In this document: positions 1-10,926 of the stretch, piece by piece | Layout of the letters: each line of letters opens with the position of its first letter | How positions within the stretch are numbered: the first letter of the stretch is position 1 | Source of the DNA: a bacterium | Lineage (GTDB): Bacteria; UBA8248 | Assembly (NCBI GenBank): GCA_965219955.1 | Contig: OZ244799.1 | Coordinates: forward strand, 3,104,001 to 3,168,000 | Direction of reading: 5' to 3' | Length of the DNA stretch: 64,000 nt | Notes under the pieces: generated by a model | Seen by the model: the letters and a program-made list of their open reading frames with translations, nothing else | Told to the model about the DNA's origin: nothing | The model's database searches: none | Made by a program: the position numbers and the translations under genes

Positions 1-7
1 AGAATTC

Positions 8-1183
8 ATGGACCTACGCATAAACCCCGAAAACGAGGCCCTGATTGAGCGGGCCCGAGAACTCGCCCGAGACGTACTCGCTACCTACGCGGACGAATGC
101 GATCAGGAGCAACGCTTCCCGAGAGAGAGCTTCGACGCCTTGATCCGGGCGGGCTTCACGCGCCTCACACTGCCCGAGTCCTACGGGGGTCGGGCGCTCT
201 GGAGCGACCCCGTCTGCTATGCGATGGTGTTCCACGAACTGAGCCAGGGCTGCACGAACACCGCCATGACGCTCCACATGCACAGCTCGATTCTCTACTT
301 CCTGCTCACGCTTTCGGATGAAGAGCAAAAGCACCGCTTCGCCGAGGCGGCCCGAAACGGCGCCATCTTCGGCAGTCACGCGGGCGAGGCGGCCTCCAGC
401 CCCCAGTGGAACCGCACCATCACTACGCGCGCGCGCAAAGAGGGCGATGAATACGTCATCAACGGGCAGAAGTATTTTTGCTCCATGGCCGGGGAGGCGG
501 ACCATTACGTGCTCTGGTGCCTGCTCGAAGACGTCGAGGAACTCCAGGCCGGCCTCCGCTGGGCGGTGCTGGACAAGAACTTGGGCGGCATCACCATCCC
601 GAGCCGCTGGGACGCCTTCGCCATGCGGGGCACGGCCAGCCACTCGCTCGCCTATGAGGACGTGCGGGTCCCGGCGCGCAACATCGTGGGCACGGGCGAG
701 GGCATCCTCCAGCCCGATTTCGTGCCCAGGTTCGGCCTCGGCTACGCCGCCGTCTACCTGGGCGCGGGCGCCGCCGCGCTGGACTGGATTGTGGACTACG
801 CGCTCAAGCGCAAGCTCCTGCCCGACAACGCGCCGATCGCGAGCTATCCGGCGATTCAGCGCCAGATCGGGGAGATGAAGATCGCTTATGAGACCGCGCT
901 CATCATGATCCAGAAAGCCGCCTGGGTGCTGGAAACCGAGGGCGCGGCCAAGGCCATTCCCTTCATCAACGAGGCGAAATACACCGCCTCCGAGGCGGCG
1001 GCCTCCATGACGGAAAAAGCGCTCAAAATCGCGGGCGGCCCCGGCCTGCTGAATGACAAGCCGCTCCAGCGGTTCCACCGCGACGCCAGGGCCGCGCTGG
1101 TCATGCCGCCCAGCACGGAGAAGTGCCTGCAAATGGCGTCGAACTTCGTTTTGAGTCAGAATGAGGCGGCATCCATCTTCTAG
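8..1183 (+). CDS. Acyl-CoA dehydrogenase-family flavoprotein
   Basis: 391 aa; ACAD motifs LPESYGG, INGQKYFCS, AMRGTASH, IAGG..RDAR. Confidence 0.85.
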   Translation: MDLRINPENEALIERARELARDVLATYADECDQEQRFPRESFDALIRAGFTRLTLPESYGGRALWSDPVCYAMVFHELSQGCTNTAMTLHMHSSILYFLLTLSDEEQKHRFAEAARNGAIFGSHAGEAASSPQWNRTITTRARKEGDEYVINGQKYFCSMAGEADHYVLWCLLEDVEELQAGLRWAVLDKNLGGITIPSRWDAFAMRGTASHSLAYEDVRVPARNIVGTGEGILQPDFVPRFGLGYAAVYLGAGAAALDWIVDYALKRKLLPDNAPIASYPAIQRQIGEMKIAYETALIMIQKAAWVLETEGAAKAIPFINEAKYTASEAAASMTEKALKIAGGPGLLNDKPLQRFHRDARAALVMPPSTEKCLQMASNFVLSQNEAASIF

Positions 1184-1215
1184 CCAAGTCTAAAATTTCT
1201 CGCGAGGGAGAGCGC

Positions 1216-2889
1216 ATGAACAGCGGCAACGGTTCGGACCTGTTCCTGGAAACACTCATCGACGAGGGCGTCGACTGCATGTTCGGCAACCCGGGCACCA
1301 CCGAGCTGCCCCTCATGGACGCGCTGGTGAACGAGAGCAGGCTCGATTACATCCTCTGCCTCCAGGAGTCCGTCACCATCGGCGCGGCGGAAGGCTACGC
1401 CTACGCCACCGGCGGCGTGGGCGTGGTGAACCTCCACGTCGCGCCCGGCCTCGGCAACGCCATGGGGATGCTCTACAACATCAAGCGGGCCGGCACGCCG
1501 CTCATCGTCACGGCGGGCAACCAGGGCCAGCGCGGCCAACTCTCAGAACCCGTGCTCTGGGACGATCTGCCGCGCATGGCGGAGCCGCTCACCAAGTGGT
1601 CCTACGAGGTGCGGCGGGTGGAGGATCTGGAGCAAAGCGTCCGCCGGGCGATCAAATACGCGCTCACGCCGCCGACGGGCCCGGTATTCCTCTCGCTTCC
1701 CGGCGACGTCATGCTGGCCGAGACGGGAGGCCTCACGGGCCGCCCCACGAGGCTTTCGAGCGCGTTCCCTGCGCCTGCGGAATCCATTGAGCGCGCGGCG
1801 CAGACCCTCGCAGAAGCCGAGAACCCCTACATCGTCACCGGCTCGCGCGTCACCCGCTCGGGCGCGGTGGGCGAAGTCGTCCGGCTGGCGGAGCGCATCG
1901 GGGCGAAGGTGTTTTCCGACAACCGCCCGAACTCCCTCTCGGTCTCCCTCACCCATCCCCTCTACGCGGGAGAACTCCTGAACACCATCGAGCCGCTGCT
2001 GGATCAGATAGAAGACGCGGACGTCGTGTTCTTCATCGGCACGGAGACCTACACCTTCTCCTTCCCGCCGGAGGGTCCGCTGGCGCCGCGCGGCGCGCGT
2101 ATCATCCATCTGGACCTGGACCCCTGGGAGATCGGCAAGAACTTCCCCGTCGACGTCGCCATGCTGGGAGACCCCAAGACCACGCTCACAGAACTCACCG
2201 GAGCGGTGGAGAAGAAAATGGGCGAAGCGGGCCTTCAAAGCGCAGCCGAGCGCCGCGCGTGGATCGAGAAGGAACTGGCGGCATCGAGAAGGGAGGTCGC
2301 CCCCAAGGCAGGCGACGACGGCGGCCCCTTGACGAAGGAAACCTTCCAGGCCGCATTCGGAGAGGTGCTGCCTCAGGGGACGGCGCTGGTGGATGAATCC
2401 CTCACCATGGGGCACGGGGGAGGCCTCAAGAGCGCGATCGCTGGAAAGGTAGATTCGCTTTTCGGCATGAAGGGTGGCGGCATCGGCTTGGGCCTGCCCA
2501 GTGCGCTGGGCGTCAAGAAGGCCCTGCCCGATACGCCCGTGGTCTGTCTCTCGGGAGACGGCTCCGCCATGTACGCCATTCAGGCGCTCTGGAGCGCCGC
2601 GAAATACGATCTCGACGCGGTGTTCGTGATTCTGAACAACAAGAGCTACCGGATTCTCAAAGAGCGGGTCTTGAGGCTCGACGGCAAGACGCAGGAGCAC
2701 CGGCAATTCGTCGCCATGGATTTCAAGGAGCCCGAACTCGATTTCATTCAGATGGCCCAGTCCATGGGCGTGGACGCCGTCCGGGCGAAGACGCCGGCGG
2801 AACTCAAAGAGGCCATGGAGAAAGGACTGGCGGGCGGCAAACCATATCTCATCGACGCCCACATCGAATACGAACGCCTGGAGAACTGA
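1216..2889 (+). CDS. Thiamine-diphosphate-dependent enzyme, benzoylformate decarboxylase-like
   Basis: FGNPGTTELP, LQE, NLHVAPGLGNAMG and the ThDP motif GDGS...NN. Confidence 0.85.
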   Translation: MNSGNGSDLFLETLIDEGVDCMFGNPGTTELPLMDALVNESRLDYILCLQESVTIGAAEGYAYATGGVGVVNLHVAPGLGNAMGMLYNIKRAGTPLIVTAGNQGQRGQLSEPVLWDDLPRMAEPLTKWSYEVRRVEDLEQSVRRAIKYALTPPTGPVFLSLPGDVMLAETGGLTGRPTRLSSAFPAPAESIERAAQTLAEAENPYIVTGSRVTRSGAVGEVVRLAERIGAKVFSDNRPNSLSVSLTHPLYAGELLNTIEPLLDQIEDADVVFFIGTETYTFSFPPEGPLAPRGARIIHLDLDPWEIGKNFPVDVAMLGDPKTTLTELTGAVEKKMGEAGLQSAAERRAWIEKELAASRREVAPKAGDDGGPLTKETFQAAFGEVLPQGTALVDESLTMGHGGGLKSAIAGKVDSLFGMKGGGIGLGLPSALGVKKALPDTPVVCLSGDGSAMYAIQALWSAAKYDLDAVFVILNNKSYRILKERVLRLDGKTQEHRQFVAMDFKEPELDFIQMAQSMGVDAVRAKTPAELKEAMEKGLAGGKPYLIDAHIEYERLEN

Positions 2890-2895
2890 AGAGGG

Positions 2896-4146
2896 TCAGG
2901 CCACGCCCATCTTCGCGCCATAGGCTTCCAGCGCCTGCTCGAAGCAGGCGAGCGGCGCGCGAACGACGCCCGCGCCCACCTGGCCGACGCCGGGTTCCTT
3001 ATGCGCGATGCCTGTGTTGATGACGGGCGTGACGCCGAGCTTCACCACCCTGGTGATGTCGATCCCCGTTGGAACGCCCTCAAAATCGAGGGAGGGAATC
3101 GTCCACTCCGGGTTCCGGCCCTGGGTGATCTCGTACATGGCGCGGGAATAATTGAGCGCATCCGCGGCGCTCCCCGCCCCCACGAACCCGACGACGGCGG
3201 GCGCTGCCGCCATGGCGAATCCACCCAGCCCCATCGTCTCGATGATCGTGGAATCGCCCATGTCCGGATTGGCGTCGTCCTCGCCGAAGCCGGGGAAATA
3301 CAACCCTTCGGGCATCTCGACCGGCGCCGTGAACCATTCATCCCCCGTCGCGCTCACCCGGATGCCGAAGTCCGTTCCGTTGCGGCACATCGCCGTGACG
3401 ATGCCCGACGCCCCGATGCCGCGCACCGGGTCCATCACCGCCTTGCCGGTTGCCATCGCGACGTTCAGGAAGAACTGATCGTTGCCGCCGATGAAGGACA
3501 GCACTTCTTCCAGCGCCTTGCCATCACCCACAACGCGCGCCAGCGCGGGCGCCGCCTCGCGCATGAAGAGGCTCGTGCAGGCCACGTTGCGCTGGTGCAT
3601 CTCGTCCCCCATCGAAAGCCCCCGCGCGATGATGCTCTTGAGCGGCAGCCCGCCCATGATCTCAAGGGCGTCCGAGAGCGCGGGCGCCAGGCGCTCCGCG
3701 AGCCAGCGGAGCCGGTTCAGCACCTCCCCGTCGTTCCCGCCGAAGCGCATCACCTTCCCCAGGCCCTCGTTCAGGGTGCAAAACGCCCGGTTCCCGAATT
3801 TCTTGTTCTCCACGATCATCACCGGCATCGAGCGCGTGGTGATGCCTGTCATGGGGCCGACGGCGTCGAAATGATGATTGGGGTGGAAGGCGACGCCGCC
3901 CGAGGCGGCGAGCGCCTCGCCCGAGGCCAAATCTTCCGCCCAGCCCTCCAGGACGGCCGCTCCCGCAACCGCCCCGCGCAGGGGGCCGCACATCCGCTCC
4001 CACTCGATCGGGGGGCCGGCATGAAGGAGAACGCCCTCCTCCAGACCCGGTATCACCTCGCCCGCCGGGCGCACGTCCACCAGGACGGGCTCCGCCTCGG
4101 TGATGCGGGTGAGCGCCTCCGCGTTCGCGTCCGTGATCACGCCCAT
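2896..4146 (-). CDS. DUF1116 / YlbE (AllG-like) family protein
   Basis: LLHAGPPI.W..MCGP, NEGLGKVMRFG, MGDEMHQRN, NPDMGDS, INTGIAHK..G.GQVGAG. Confidence 0.85.
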   Translation of the reverse strand: MGVITDANAEALTRITEAEPVLVDVRPAGEVIPGLEEGVLLHAGPPIEWERMCGPLRGAVAGAAVLEGWAEDLASGEALAASGGVAFHPNHHFDAVGPMTGITTRSMPVMIVENKKFGNRAFCTLNEGLGKVMRFGGNDGEVLNRLRWLAERLAPALSDALEIMGGLPLKSIIARGLSMGDEMHQRNVACTSLFMREAAPALARVVGDGKALEEVLSFIGGNDQFFLNVAMATGKAVMDPVRGIGASGIVTAMCRNGTDFGIRVSATGDEWFTAPVEMPEGLYFPGFGEDDANPDMGDSTIIETMGLGGFAMAAAPAVVGFVGAGSAADALNYSRAMYEITQGRNPEWTIPSLDFEGVPTGIDITRVVKLGVTPVINTGIAHKEPGVGQVGAGVVRAPLACFEQALEAYGAKMGVA

Positions 4147-5405
4147 CCAGTCCCCTCCCGCCAGGTCGTCTCCGAGACGTTCTCCACGACGATGCGCCCC
4201 CCTTTCACCACGAATCGCTTCTCGGGCTGGTCGATGAGGACGTCGTCGAAATTCACCGAATCGAGAACCACGAAATCAGCCGCGCAGCCGGTTCGCAACC
4301 CGTAGCCCTCCTCCACCCCCAGCGCCTTCGCGGCGTTCGTCGTGAAAAGATCGGGAACCACAGCCCTCTCCGCTGCGCCGCTCATGTGGAGCACATGGGC
4401 GAGGAGGAGGCCGATTTCGAGCAAATCGCCGCGTCCCGAGGGCGTAAAGGCGTTTTTGATGTTGTTCGAAGATATGGCGACGTTGACGCCCGCGCTCAAC
4501 AGTTCCTTGACGGGGGCGAGGCTCCTGAAGCGCGGCGGGTTCTCTCCCCTGCCTCCCAGGAACAGATCCGTCGCCGGCAGGGGCAGGACGGAGATGCCCG
4601 CCTCGAGAATCTTCTCGATGATTCGCGCGGCATCATCCGGCGGCATGGCGCCCGGGGAGGTGAGATGACCGGCGGCCACCCGGCCCTGCAAGCCTGCGGC
4701 CACCGTGCGGGCGGCCACGGATTCGATATTCCTCACCCGGGGGTCGTCCGCGAAATCGAGATGAAAGTCCAGGCCGCAGCCAAACGCCTCGGCCATTCCG
4801 AAAACGATGTCCAGATGCCGCTCGGGGTCGAGGTCGTTGTACGGGATTCCGCCGATGAGGTCCCCGCCCATACGCATGGCCTCGCGCATCAAATCCTCCG
4901 TGCCTGGCTGCTGCTCGATGCCTTCCTGCGGAAAAACGACAAGTTGAAAATCCGCCAGACCGGCGTATTTCTCCTTGAGCGCCAGGGCGACTTCCACCCC
5001 CAGAAGCCCGACGATGGGGTCGACCTCCACCTGCGCGCGAAACCAGGTGGCGCCGTGACGGATGCACATGCGCAGCGCGCGCTCGGCGCGCTCCATGACG
5101 TCTTGTTTCGTGACGCTTCTCTTGAGCGCCAGCGTGATGGAAATGGCGTCTTCGAGCGTGCCGGAAAGATTGGGCTCACGCTCTTCCAGAAACGCCTTGT
5201 CCAGATGAATGTGGCTCTCCACGAACGCCGGCAGCACGACGCGGGCGCCTACGTCGATCTCCTCACAGCCGGAATCGTTGCACAGACCCGGCGAAACTCT
5301 CGTAAACAGGCCCCCGGCGACGCAAAAATCCACCAATGGGCCGCCCGATTCGATTCTGGCGTTCCTGAAAATTCTGTCGTCCGTCTTCTCTGCGCACATG
5401 GCCAT
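4137..5405 (-). CDS. Amidohydrolase, cytosine deaminase/AtzC-like
   Basis: ESHIHLDKA metal motif, VFPQEG, FHLD, AGH; overlaps start of ylbE-like gene. Confidence 0.85.
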   Translation of the reverse strand: MAMCAEKTDDRIFRNARIESGGPLVDFCVAGGLFTRVSPGLCNDSGCEEIDVGARVVLPAFVESHIHLDKAFLEEREPNLSGTLEDAISITLALKRSVTKQDVMERAERALRMCIRHGATWFRAQVEVDPIVGLLGVEVALALKEKYAGLADFQLVVFPQEGIEQQPGTEDLMREAMRMGGDLIGGIPYNDLDPERHLDIVFGMAEAFGCGLDFHLDFADDPRVRNIESVAARTVAAGLQGRVAAGHLTSPGAMPPDDAARIIEKILEAGISVLPLPATDLFLGGRGENPPRFRSLAPVKELLSAGVNVAISSNNIKNAFTPSGRGDLLEIGLLLAHVLHMSGAAERAVVPDLFTTNAAKALGVEEGYGLRTGCAADFVVLDSVNFDDVLIDQPEKRFVVKGGRIVVENVSETTWREGTGWA

Positions 5406-5702
5406 TTAACCGGTATGAAAATCAACTCAACAGAAACGAAACGCGCATCGCCCATCGTCGTACAGTGGAAAATTTCGACATGGCGAACTCTATCGTCCTG
5501 CGCCGGTTTTCGCCAGTGAAAAAGGAAATGACGGGAAAAACCCCGCAATCCCGTCAACTTGACCCACAACTCGAATCGGGAACATAATGAAAGACTCGGG
5601 ATCATATCGCATCAGGATTTCCGTGCGGATTTACGACCCGGCAACGCGCCGTCGGGGACTTGTTTTTAAGGCGCGCCGTCTGCGGATAAAAGAGAGACAT
5701 GA

Positions 5703-6800
5703 ATGACCACCCTAAGCTTCACGAACATTGTCGTTCTCAGTTTTAACTCCCTCTCCTACGCCGCGATTCTGTTTCTTCTGGCGAGCGGGCTCTCGCTCAT
5801 CTTCGGCGTGATGCGCATCGTGAACCTCGCGCACGCCGCTTTTTTCCTCTTCGCCGGCTATCTCGCCCTGGAATTCTACAACATCATTTTCGGCACCCTG
5901 AGCCTGATGCCGCGGATCATCCAGCTCGTCTCGTGGACCCTGCTCTATTTCGCATGGCGTGGACTCAACTTGTACGTCGCTCCCAGACACGCCGCACTGG
6001 CGCTCCTGCTCGCCTACGTCGTACTGGAAACCTTGTGCAGCCTGGTGTGGGGCTTCAGGTTCTTCGAACTTTTCTTCCCGCACGTGCCCGTCAAACCCGT
6101 GGACAGGATCAATTTCCCGGGCATGATGGCCGCCATCGTCGTCGCCCTCGCCATCGCGGCGCTGTGCGGAATGTTCATCGAGCGCTTTTTCCTGCGCCGC
6201 CTCGGGCAGGACACGCTCTCCCAGGTGCTGGTGACCATCGGCTTCGCGTTCATCCTGCAAGACGGCTCGCTCTACACCTGGGGCGGGGACAACTTCATGC
6301 TCAAACAGCCCTGGCCCCTCAATTTCAGCGCCGTCGTCTGGGGCCTCTCGCTGCCCCAGTACCGCGCCTTCATGATCGTCATCGCCGTCGTGGTGGCCGC
6401 GGCCCTCTTTCTCGGGATCGAGCGCACCCGCCTCGGCGCCATCATGCGCGCGGCTGTGGACGACCCCGAGATGGCGCGCGGCATCGGCATCAACACCAAC
6501 GTCGTGCAAATGGCGATATTCGCCATCGGAGCGCTGCTGGCCGCCACGGGCGGCGTGGTGGGCGGCGCGTTCTTCGGCGTCTACCCGGGGCTCGATTTCG
6601 AGATACTCCCCTATGCGTTCGCCGTGGTGATCATCGGGGGACTCGGCAGCCTGGGAGGGGCCGTCCTCGGCAGCATCGTGGTCGGCTTCATCGAGAACTT
6701 CGGGACCGCGCTGTTTCCCGAACTCTCCTATTTCGCGCTATTCGCGCCCATGGCCATCATTCTGGCGATCAAGCCGACCGGCCTATTCGGAAAGGGTTGA
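5703..6800 (+). CDS. Branched-chain amino acid-type ABC permease (LivH-like)
   Basis: GLSLIFGVMRIVNLAH, TRLG..MRA, IIGGLGS; carries an extra hydrophobic insertion. Confidence 0.9.
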   Translation: MTTLSFTNIVVLSFNSLSYAAILFLLASGLSLIFGVMRIVNLAHAAFFLFAGYLALEFYNIIFGTLSLMPRIIQLVSWTLLYFAWRGLNLYVAPRHAALALLLAYVVLETLCSLVWGFRFFELFFPHVPVKPVDRINFPGMMAAIVVALAIAALCGMFIERFFLRRLGQDTLSQVLVTIGFAFILQDGSLYTWGGDNFMLKQPWPLNFSAVVWGLSLPQYRAFMIVIAVVVAAALFLGIERTRLGAIMRAAVDDPEMARGIGINTNVVQMAIFAIGALLAATGGVVGGAFFGVYPGLDFEILPYAFAVVIIGGLGSLGGAVLGSIVVGFIENFGTALFPELSYFALFAPMAIILAIKPTGLFGKG

Positions 6801-6803
6801 GCC

Positions 6804-7829
6804 TTGGTGGAGAGCCTGGCGGAAAAAAGAAGAGTGCTTATCGTACTGGGCGTATTCGTCGCTCTCGGCGTCGTCACGCCGTTTCTCGACCTCTTCATGC
6901 AGAGCCTGGTGACGGAAATACTCGTGTTCGGCATCCTGGCCATGAGCCTGGACCTCCTGCTGGGCTTCACCGGACTGGCCTCCCTGGGGCACGCCGCCTA
7001 TTTCGGCGTCGCCTCCTACACCACGGCCATCATCATGACGAAAGAAGACTGGACGTGGACCTTCGCCGCCTTCCAGTGGGCGGACTCGCTGGGGCTGGGC
7101 CTTTTCTACATCTTCATCTTCGCGCTGGTCGTGGCGCTGGCCTTCGCCGCGTTCTTCGGTTTCCTGGCGATACGCGCGGTGGGCGTTTATTTCCTGATGA
7201 TCACCCTCTCCCTCGCCATGGTCATCTGGGGCCTGGCGTACCGCTGGAGCGCCGTGACCGAAGGGGACAACGGCATCAACGTGCTGGGGAGGCCGTCCCT
7301 GTTCGGCATATCGCTGGAGTCGGAAATTCCGTTCTTCTACTTCACGCTCGCGGTGTTCCTCATCTGCCTGGGCCTGATGTACATGTTCGTGAGAAGCCCC
7401 TTCGGAAAAACGCTGGTCGGCATCAGGGAGCGCGAGGAGCGCATGCAGATGCTCGGCTACAACATCTGGCTCCACAAATACCTCGCGTTCATCATCGCGG
7501 GCGTTTTCAGCGGCGTCTCGGGCGTCTTGTGGACACTGTTCAACCTCTTCGTGAGTCCGCCGGACATCGAACTCATCACCTCGGCCGAGGCGCTGTTCAT
7601 GGTGGCGCTGGGCGGCCCGGCCACGCTGGTCGGCCCGGTAATCGGCTCGGCCATCATCCGGTCGCTGCAGCAGTTTATCAGCATCTACGTGGAACGCTGG
7701 CCCCTGATCCTGGGCGCCATCTACATCATCACCATCATGTTGGGACGCCTGTACGGCGTCGAGGGAATTCTTGGATTGTTCGGCAAGTTTCGCAAACCCG
7801 CCGCTCCGCCTGAAGCCCCGGAGGGCTGA
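6804..7829 (+). CDS. Branched-chain amino acid-type ABC permease (LivM-like)
   Basis: LLLGFTGLASLGHAAYFG, SPFG..L.GIRERE, LGGPATL.GP. Confidence 0.9.
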   Translation: MVESLAEKRRVLIVLGVFVALGVVTPFLDLFMQSLVTEILVFGILAMSLDLLLGFTGLASLGHAAYFGVASYTTAIIMTKEDWTWTFAAFQWADSLGLGLFYIFIFALVVALAFAAFFGFLAIRAVGVYFLMITLSLAMVIWGLAYRWSAVTEGDNGINVLGRPSLFGISLESEIPFFYFTLAVFLICLGLMYMFVRSPFGKTLVGIREREERMQMLGYNIWLHKYLAFIIAGVFSGVSGVLWTLFNLFVSPPDIELITSAEALFMVALGGPATLVGPVIGSAIIRSLQQFISIYVERWPLILGAIYIITIMLGRLYGVEGILGLFGKFRKPAAPPEAPEG

Positions 7830-7882
7830 GGACGGAGCGGCACCGCGTCTCCTGAACGAGACGAAACGAGGGAGGGAAAAAG

Positions 7883-9136
7883 ATGAAACGAAAACTTATC
7901 ACCATCATCGCAGCGCTCGGCATCGCCTTCGCCGCCGGACCCGGCGGCGCGCAGGCCGCTGACGTGCGCATCGGGTTCATCGCGCCGATGACGGGCATCT
8001 TCGCCCAGATCGGCAAGGACATGAGCAACGGCTTCAAGATGTACATGGCGCACACGAAGAACAAGATGGGTCCCCTGGACGTCAAGTTCATCCTCGAGGA
8101 CTCGACCGGCAAGCCGGCCGTGAACGTGCGCAAGGCGCTCAAGCTCATCAAGCGCGACAAGGTGCACATGTTCATCGGCGGACTGCTGGCCAGCACCGGG
8201 TACGCGCTCGCGCCGGTGGCCAACCGCTTCAAGACGCCCTACATCTCGCCCGTGCCGGCCGCGGACGACCTCACACAGCGCAAGCTCTTCAAGTACTTCC
8301 TGCGCAGCGGTTTCACGAGCAGCCAGAACAGCCATCCGCTCGGCGAGTGGGCCTACGACCAGGGCTACCGCAAAGTGGTCACCATCGGCGCCGACTACGC
8401 GTTCGGCTACGAGACCGTGGGCGGCTTCCACAAGGCTTTCGAGGCGCGCGGCGGCAAGATCGTCAAGAAGATCTGGGCGAAACTCGGCACGAAGGACTTC
8501 GGCCCCTACCTGCCGCAGATACCCAAGGACGCCGACGCCATCTTCACCCTGATGGTCGGCCCCATGTCCCTGGCCTTCCCGAAGCAGTTCCGGGCCGCTG
8601 GCTTCAAGATGCCGATGCTCGGCGGCGTGACGAGCGCGGACGAGTTCATCCTGCCCAGCATGGGTGATGAGGCGCTCGGCTACGTGACGGCCGCGCAGTA
8701 CAGCGCCGCCCTCACAACGGACAAGAACAAGGCGTTCGTCAAGGAATACCAGCAGCGCTACGGGAAGATGGCCTCCTACTATTCGGAGACCTGCTACACC
8801 ACGGGCCAGTGGGTGGACCTGGCGCTCAAGAAAATCGGCTACAAGCCGGACAACAAGGATGCGTTCCTCAAGGCGTTCAAGGAAATCCGCATCGACGCCA
8901 TCAGGGGGCCCGTATATCTGGACAAATACGGAAACCCGGTGCAGAACAGCTATATCCGCCGGGTGACCCGCGTGAAGGGCGACCGCCTGGCTCTGGGCGT
9001 GAAGTCGAACTCACTCTGGAATATGGTGATCAAGACCTACCCCGCCGTGGGCCAGTTCTGGAAGTGGTCGGACAAGGAATTTCTGGCGCATGAAGTGTAC
9101 AGCAAGAAGTTCCCGCCGTGCCCGCATTGTAAGTAA
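7883..9136 (+). CDS. Liv-family ABC substrate-binding protein
   Basis: Sec signal ending AQA; IGFIAPMTG, ADYAFG; RBS gggagg upstream. Confidence 0.9.
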   Translation: MKRKLITIIAALGIAFAAGPGGAQAADVRIGFIAPMTGIFAQIGKDMSNGFKMYMAHTKNKMGPLDVKFILEDSTGKPAVNVRKALKLIKRDKVHMFIGGLLASTGYALAPVANRFKTPYISPVPAADDLTQRKLFKYFLRSGFTSSQNSHPLGEWAYDQGYRKVVTIGADYAFGYETVGGFHKAFEARGGKIVKKIWAKLGTKDFGPYLPQIPKDADAIFTLMVGPMSLAFPKQFRAAGFKMPMLGGVTSADEFILPSMGDEALGYVTAAQYSAALTTDKNKAFVKEYQQRYGKMASYYSETCYTTGQWVDLALKKIGYKPDNKDAFLKAFKEIRIDAIRGPVYLDKYGNPVQNSYIRRVTRVKGDRLALGVKSNSLWNMVIKTYPAVGQFWKWSDKEFLAHEVYSKKFPPCPHCK

Positions 9137-9148
9137 GGGCGAATCATC

Positions 9149-9180
9149 CCGCCGTCCGGGTCTTGCGGCCCGGGCGGCGG
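9149..9180 (+). terminator. GC-rich stem-loop after the binding-protein gene (mRNA stabiliser or partial terminator)
   Basis: ccgccgtccgggtc-ttgc-ggcccgggcggcgg inverted repeat; no U tract. Confidence 0.45.
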
Positions 9181-9215
9181 ATTCGCGCCGGGCTTCCTGA
9201 AGGAGCAAACAGGTT

Positions 9216-9971
9216 TTGGAAAACGGGCACCCAGGGCTGGAGCTTGAGAACGTCACGAAGCATTTCGGCGGCCTGCACGCCGTCGAGGACGTGAACCTGC
9301 GCCTTGACCTCGGCGAGCGGCGGGGAATCCTGGGGCCGAACGGAGCGGGGAAAACCACGCTGTTTCACCTGATAACGGGCGTGCTTCCGCTCACCTCGGG
9401 CCGCATCCGCCTCTTCGGGCAGGACGTCTCGGGGTGGCCCACCCACAAGCGCGTGGCCTTGGGAATGGCGCGCACCTTCCAGATCACCAGCCTGTTTCCC
9501 AAGCTCACCGTGCTCGAAAACGTCCTTCTCGCCGTGCAGGGCCTGCGGAAGATGAAGATGGTGATGTTCAAACCGCTGTCCAAGTACAAGGACGTATACG
9601 AAAAAGCCGAAAAGCTGCTCAGCGACGTGAACTTCTGGCACTTGAGGGATCAGGAAGTCCGCAATCTCTCCCACGGAGAGCAGCGCCAACTCGAGATCGT
9701 CCTGGCGCTGGCGAGCGACCCCAAGGTGCTGCTCCTCGACGAACCCTCCGCCGGCCTGGCCACGGGAGAATCCCACGAGATGGCCGATTTCCTGAAATCA
9801 CTCGACCCCGGAATCGCCATTCTCCTGATCGAACACGACCTCGACGTCATATTCGAGGTCGTCTCCCACATCAGCGTTCTCCACTACGGAGAGGTTCTCG
9901 CCGAGGGGCCCAGCGACGACATCCGCAACGATCCCAAGGTGCAGGAAATCTATCTCGGAAAGGCGGAGTGA
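9216..9971 (+). CDS. ABC ATP-binding protein (LivG-like)
   Basis: GPNGAGKTT, LSHGEQ, LLLDEP, IEHD; TTG start after aggag. Confidence 0.92.
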   Translation: MENGHPGLELENVTKHFGGLHAVEDVNLRLDLGERRGILGPNGAGKTTLFHLITGVLPLTSGRIRLFGQDVSGWPTHKRVALGMARTFQITSLFPKLTVLENVLLAVQGLRKMKMVMFKPLSKYKDVYEKAEKLLSDVNFWHLRDQEVRNLSHGEQRQLEIVLALASDPKVLLLDEPSAGLATGESHEMADFLKSLDPGIAILLIEHDLDVIFEVVSHISVLHYGEVLAEGPSDDIRNDPKVQEIYLGKAE

Positions 9972-9972
9972 C

Positions 9973-10683
<711 letters not shown>

Positions 10684-10926
10684 ATAAACCCTCGCGCAAC
10701 AGAATCCATTCGTAGTATTCTTCGAATAGCGGTAATGAAAGTGAAACTGCGGGCGGAGAGACGCTACAGGGAGGCTGTTTCCCGGGTTTCACTCAAGGAG
10801 ATGCGTTCGGACCCCGGCGCACCTCTCTCCATCACCTGAAGAAACCCCGGTCCGACGATAGCGCCGGGGGCCGGAAATGACGAACCTGCCGCCGCTCCCG
10901 ACCATGACGCCAAGGCGATAACCCTC

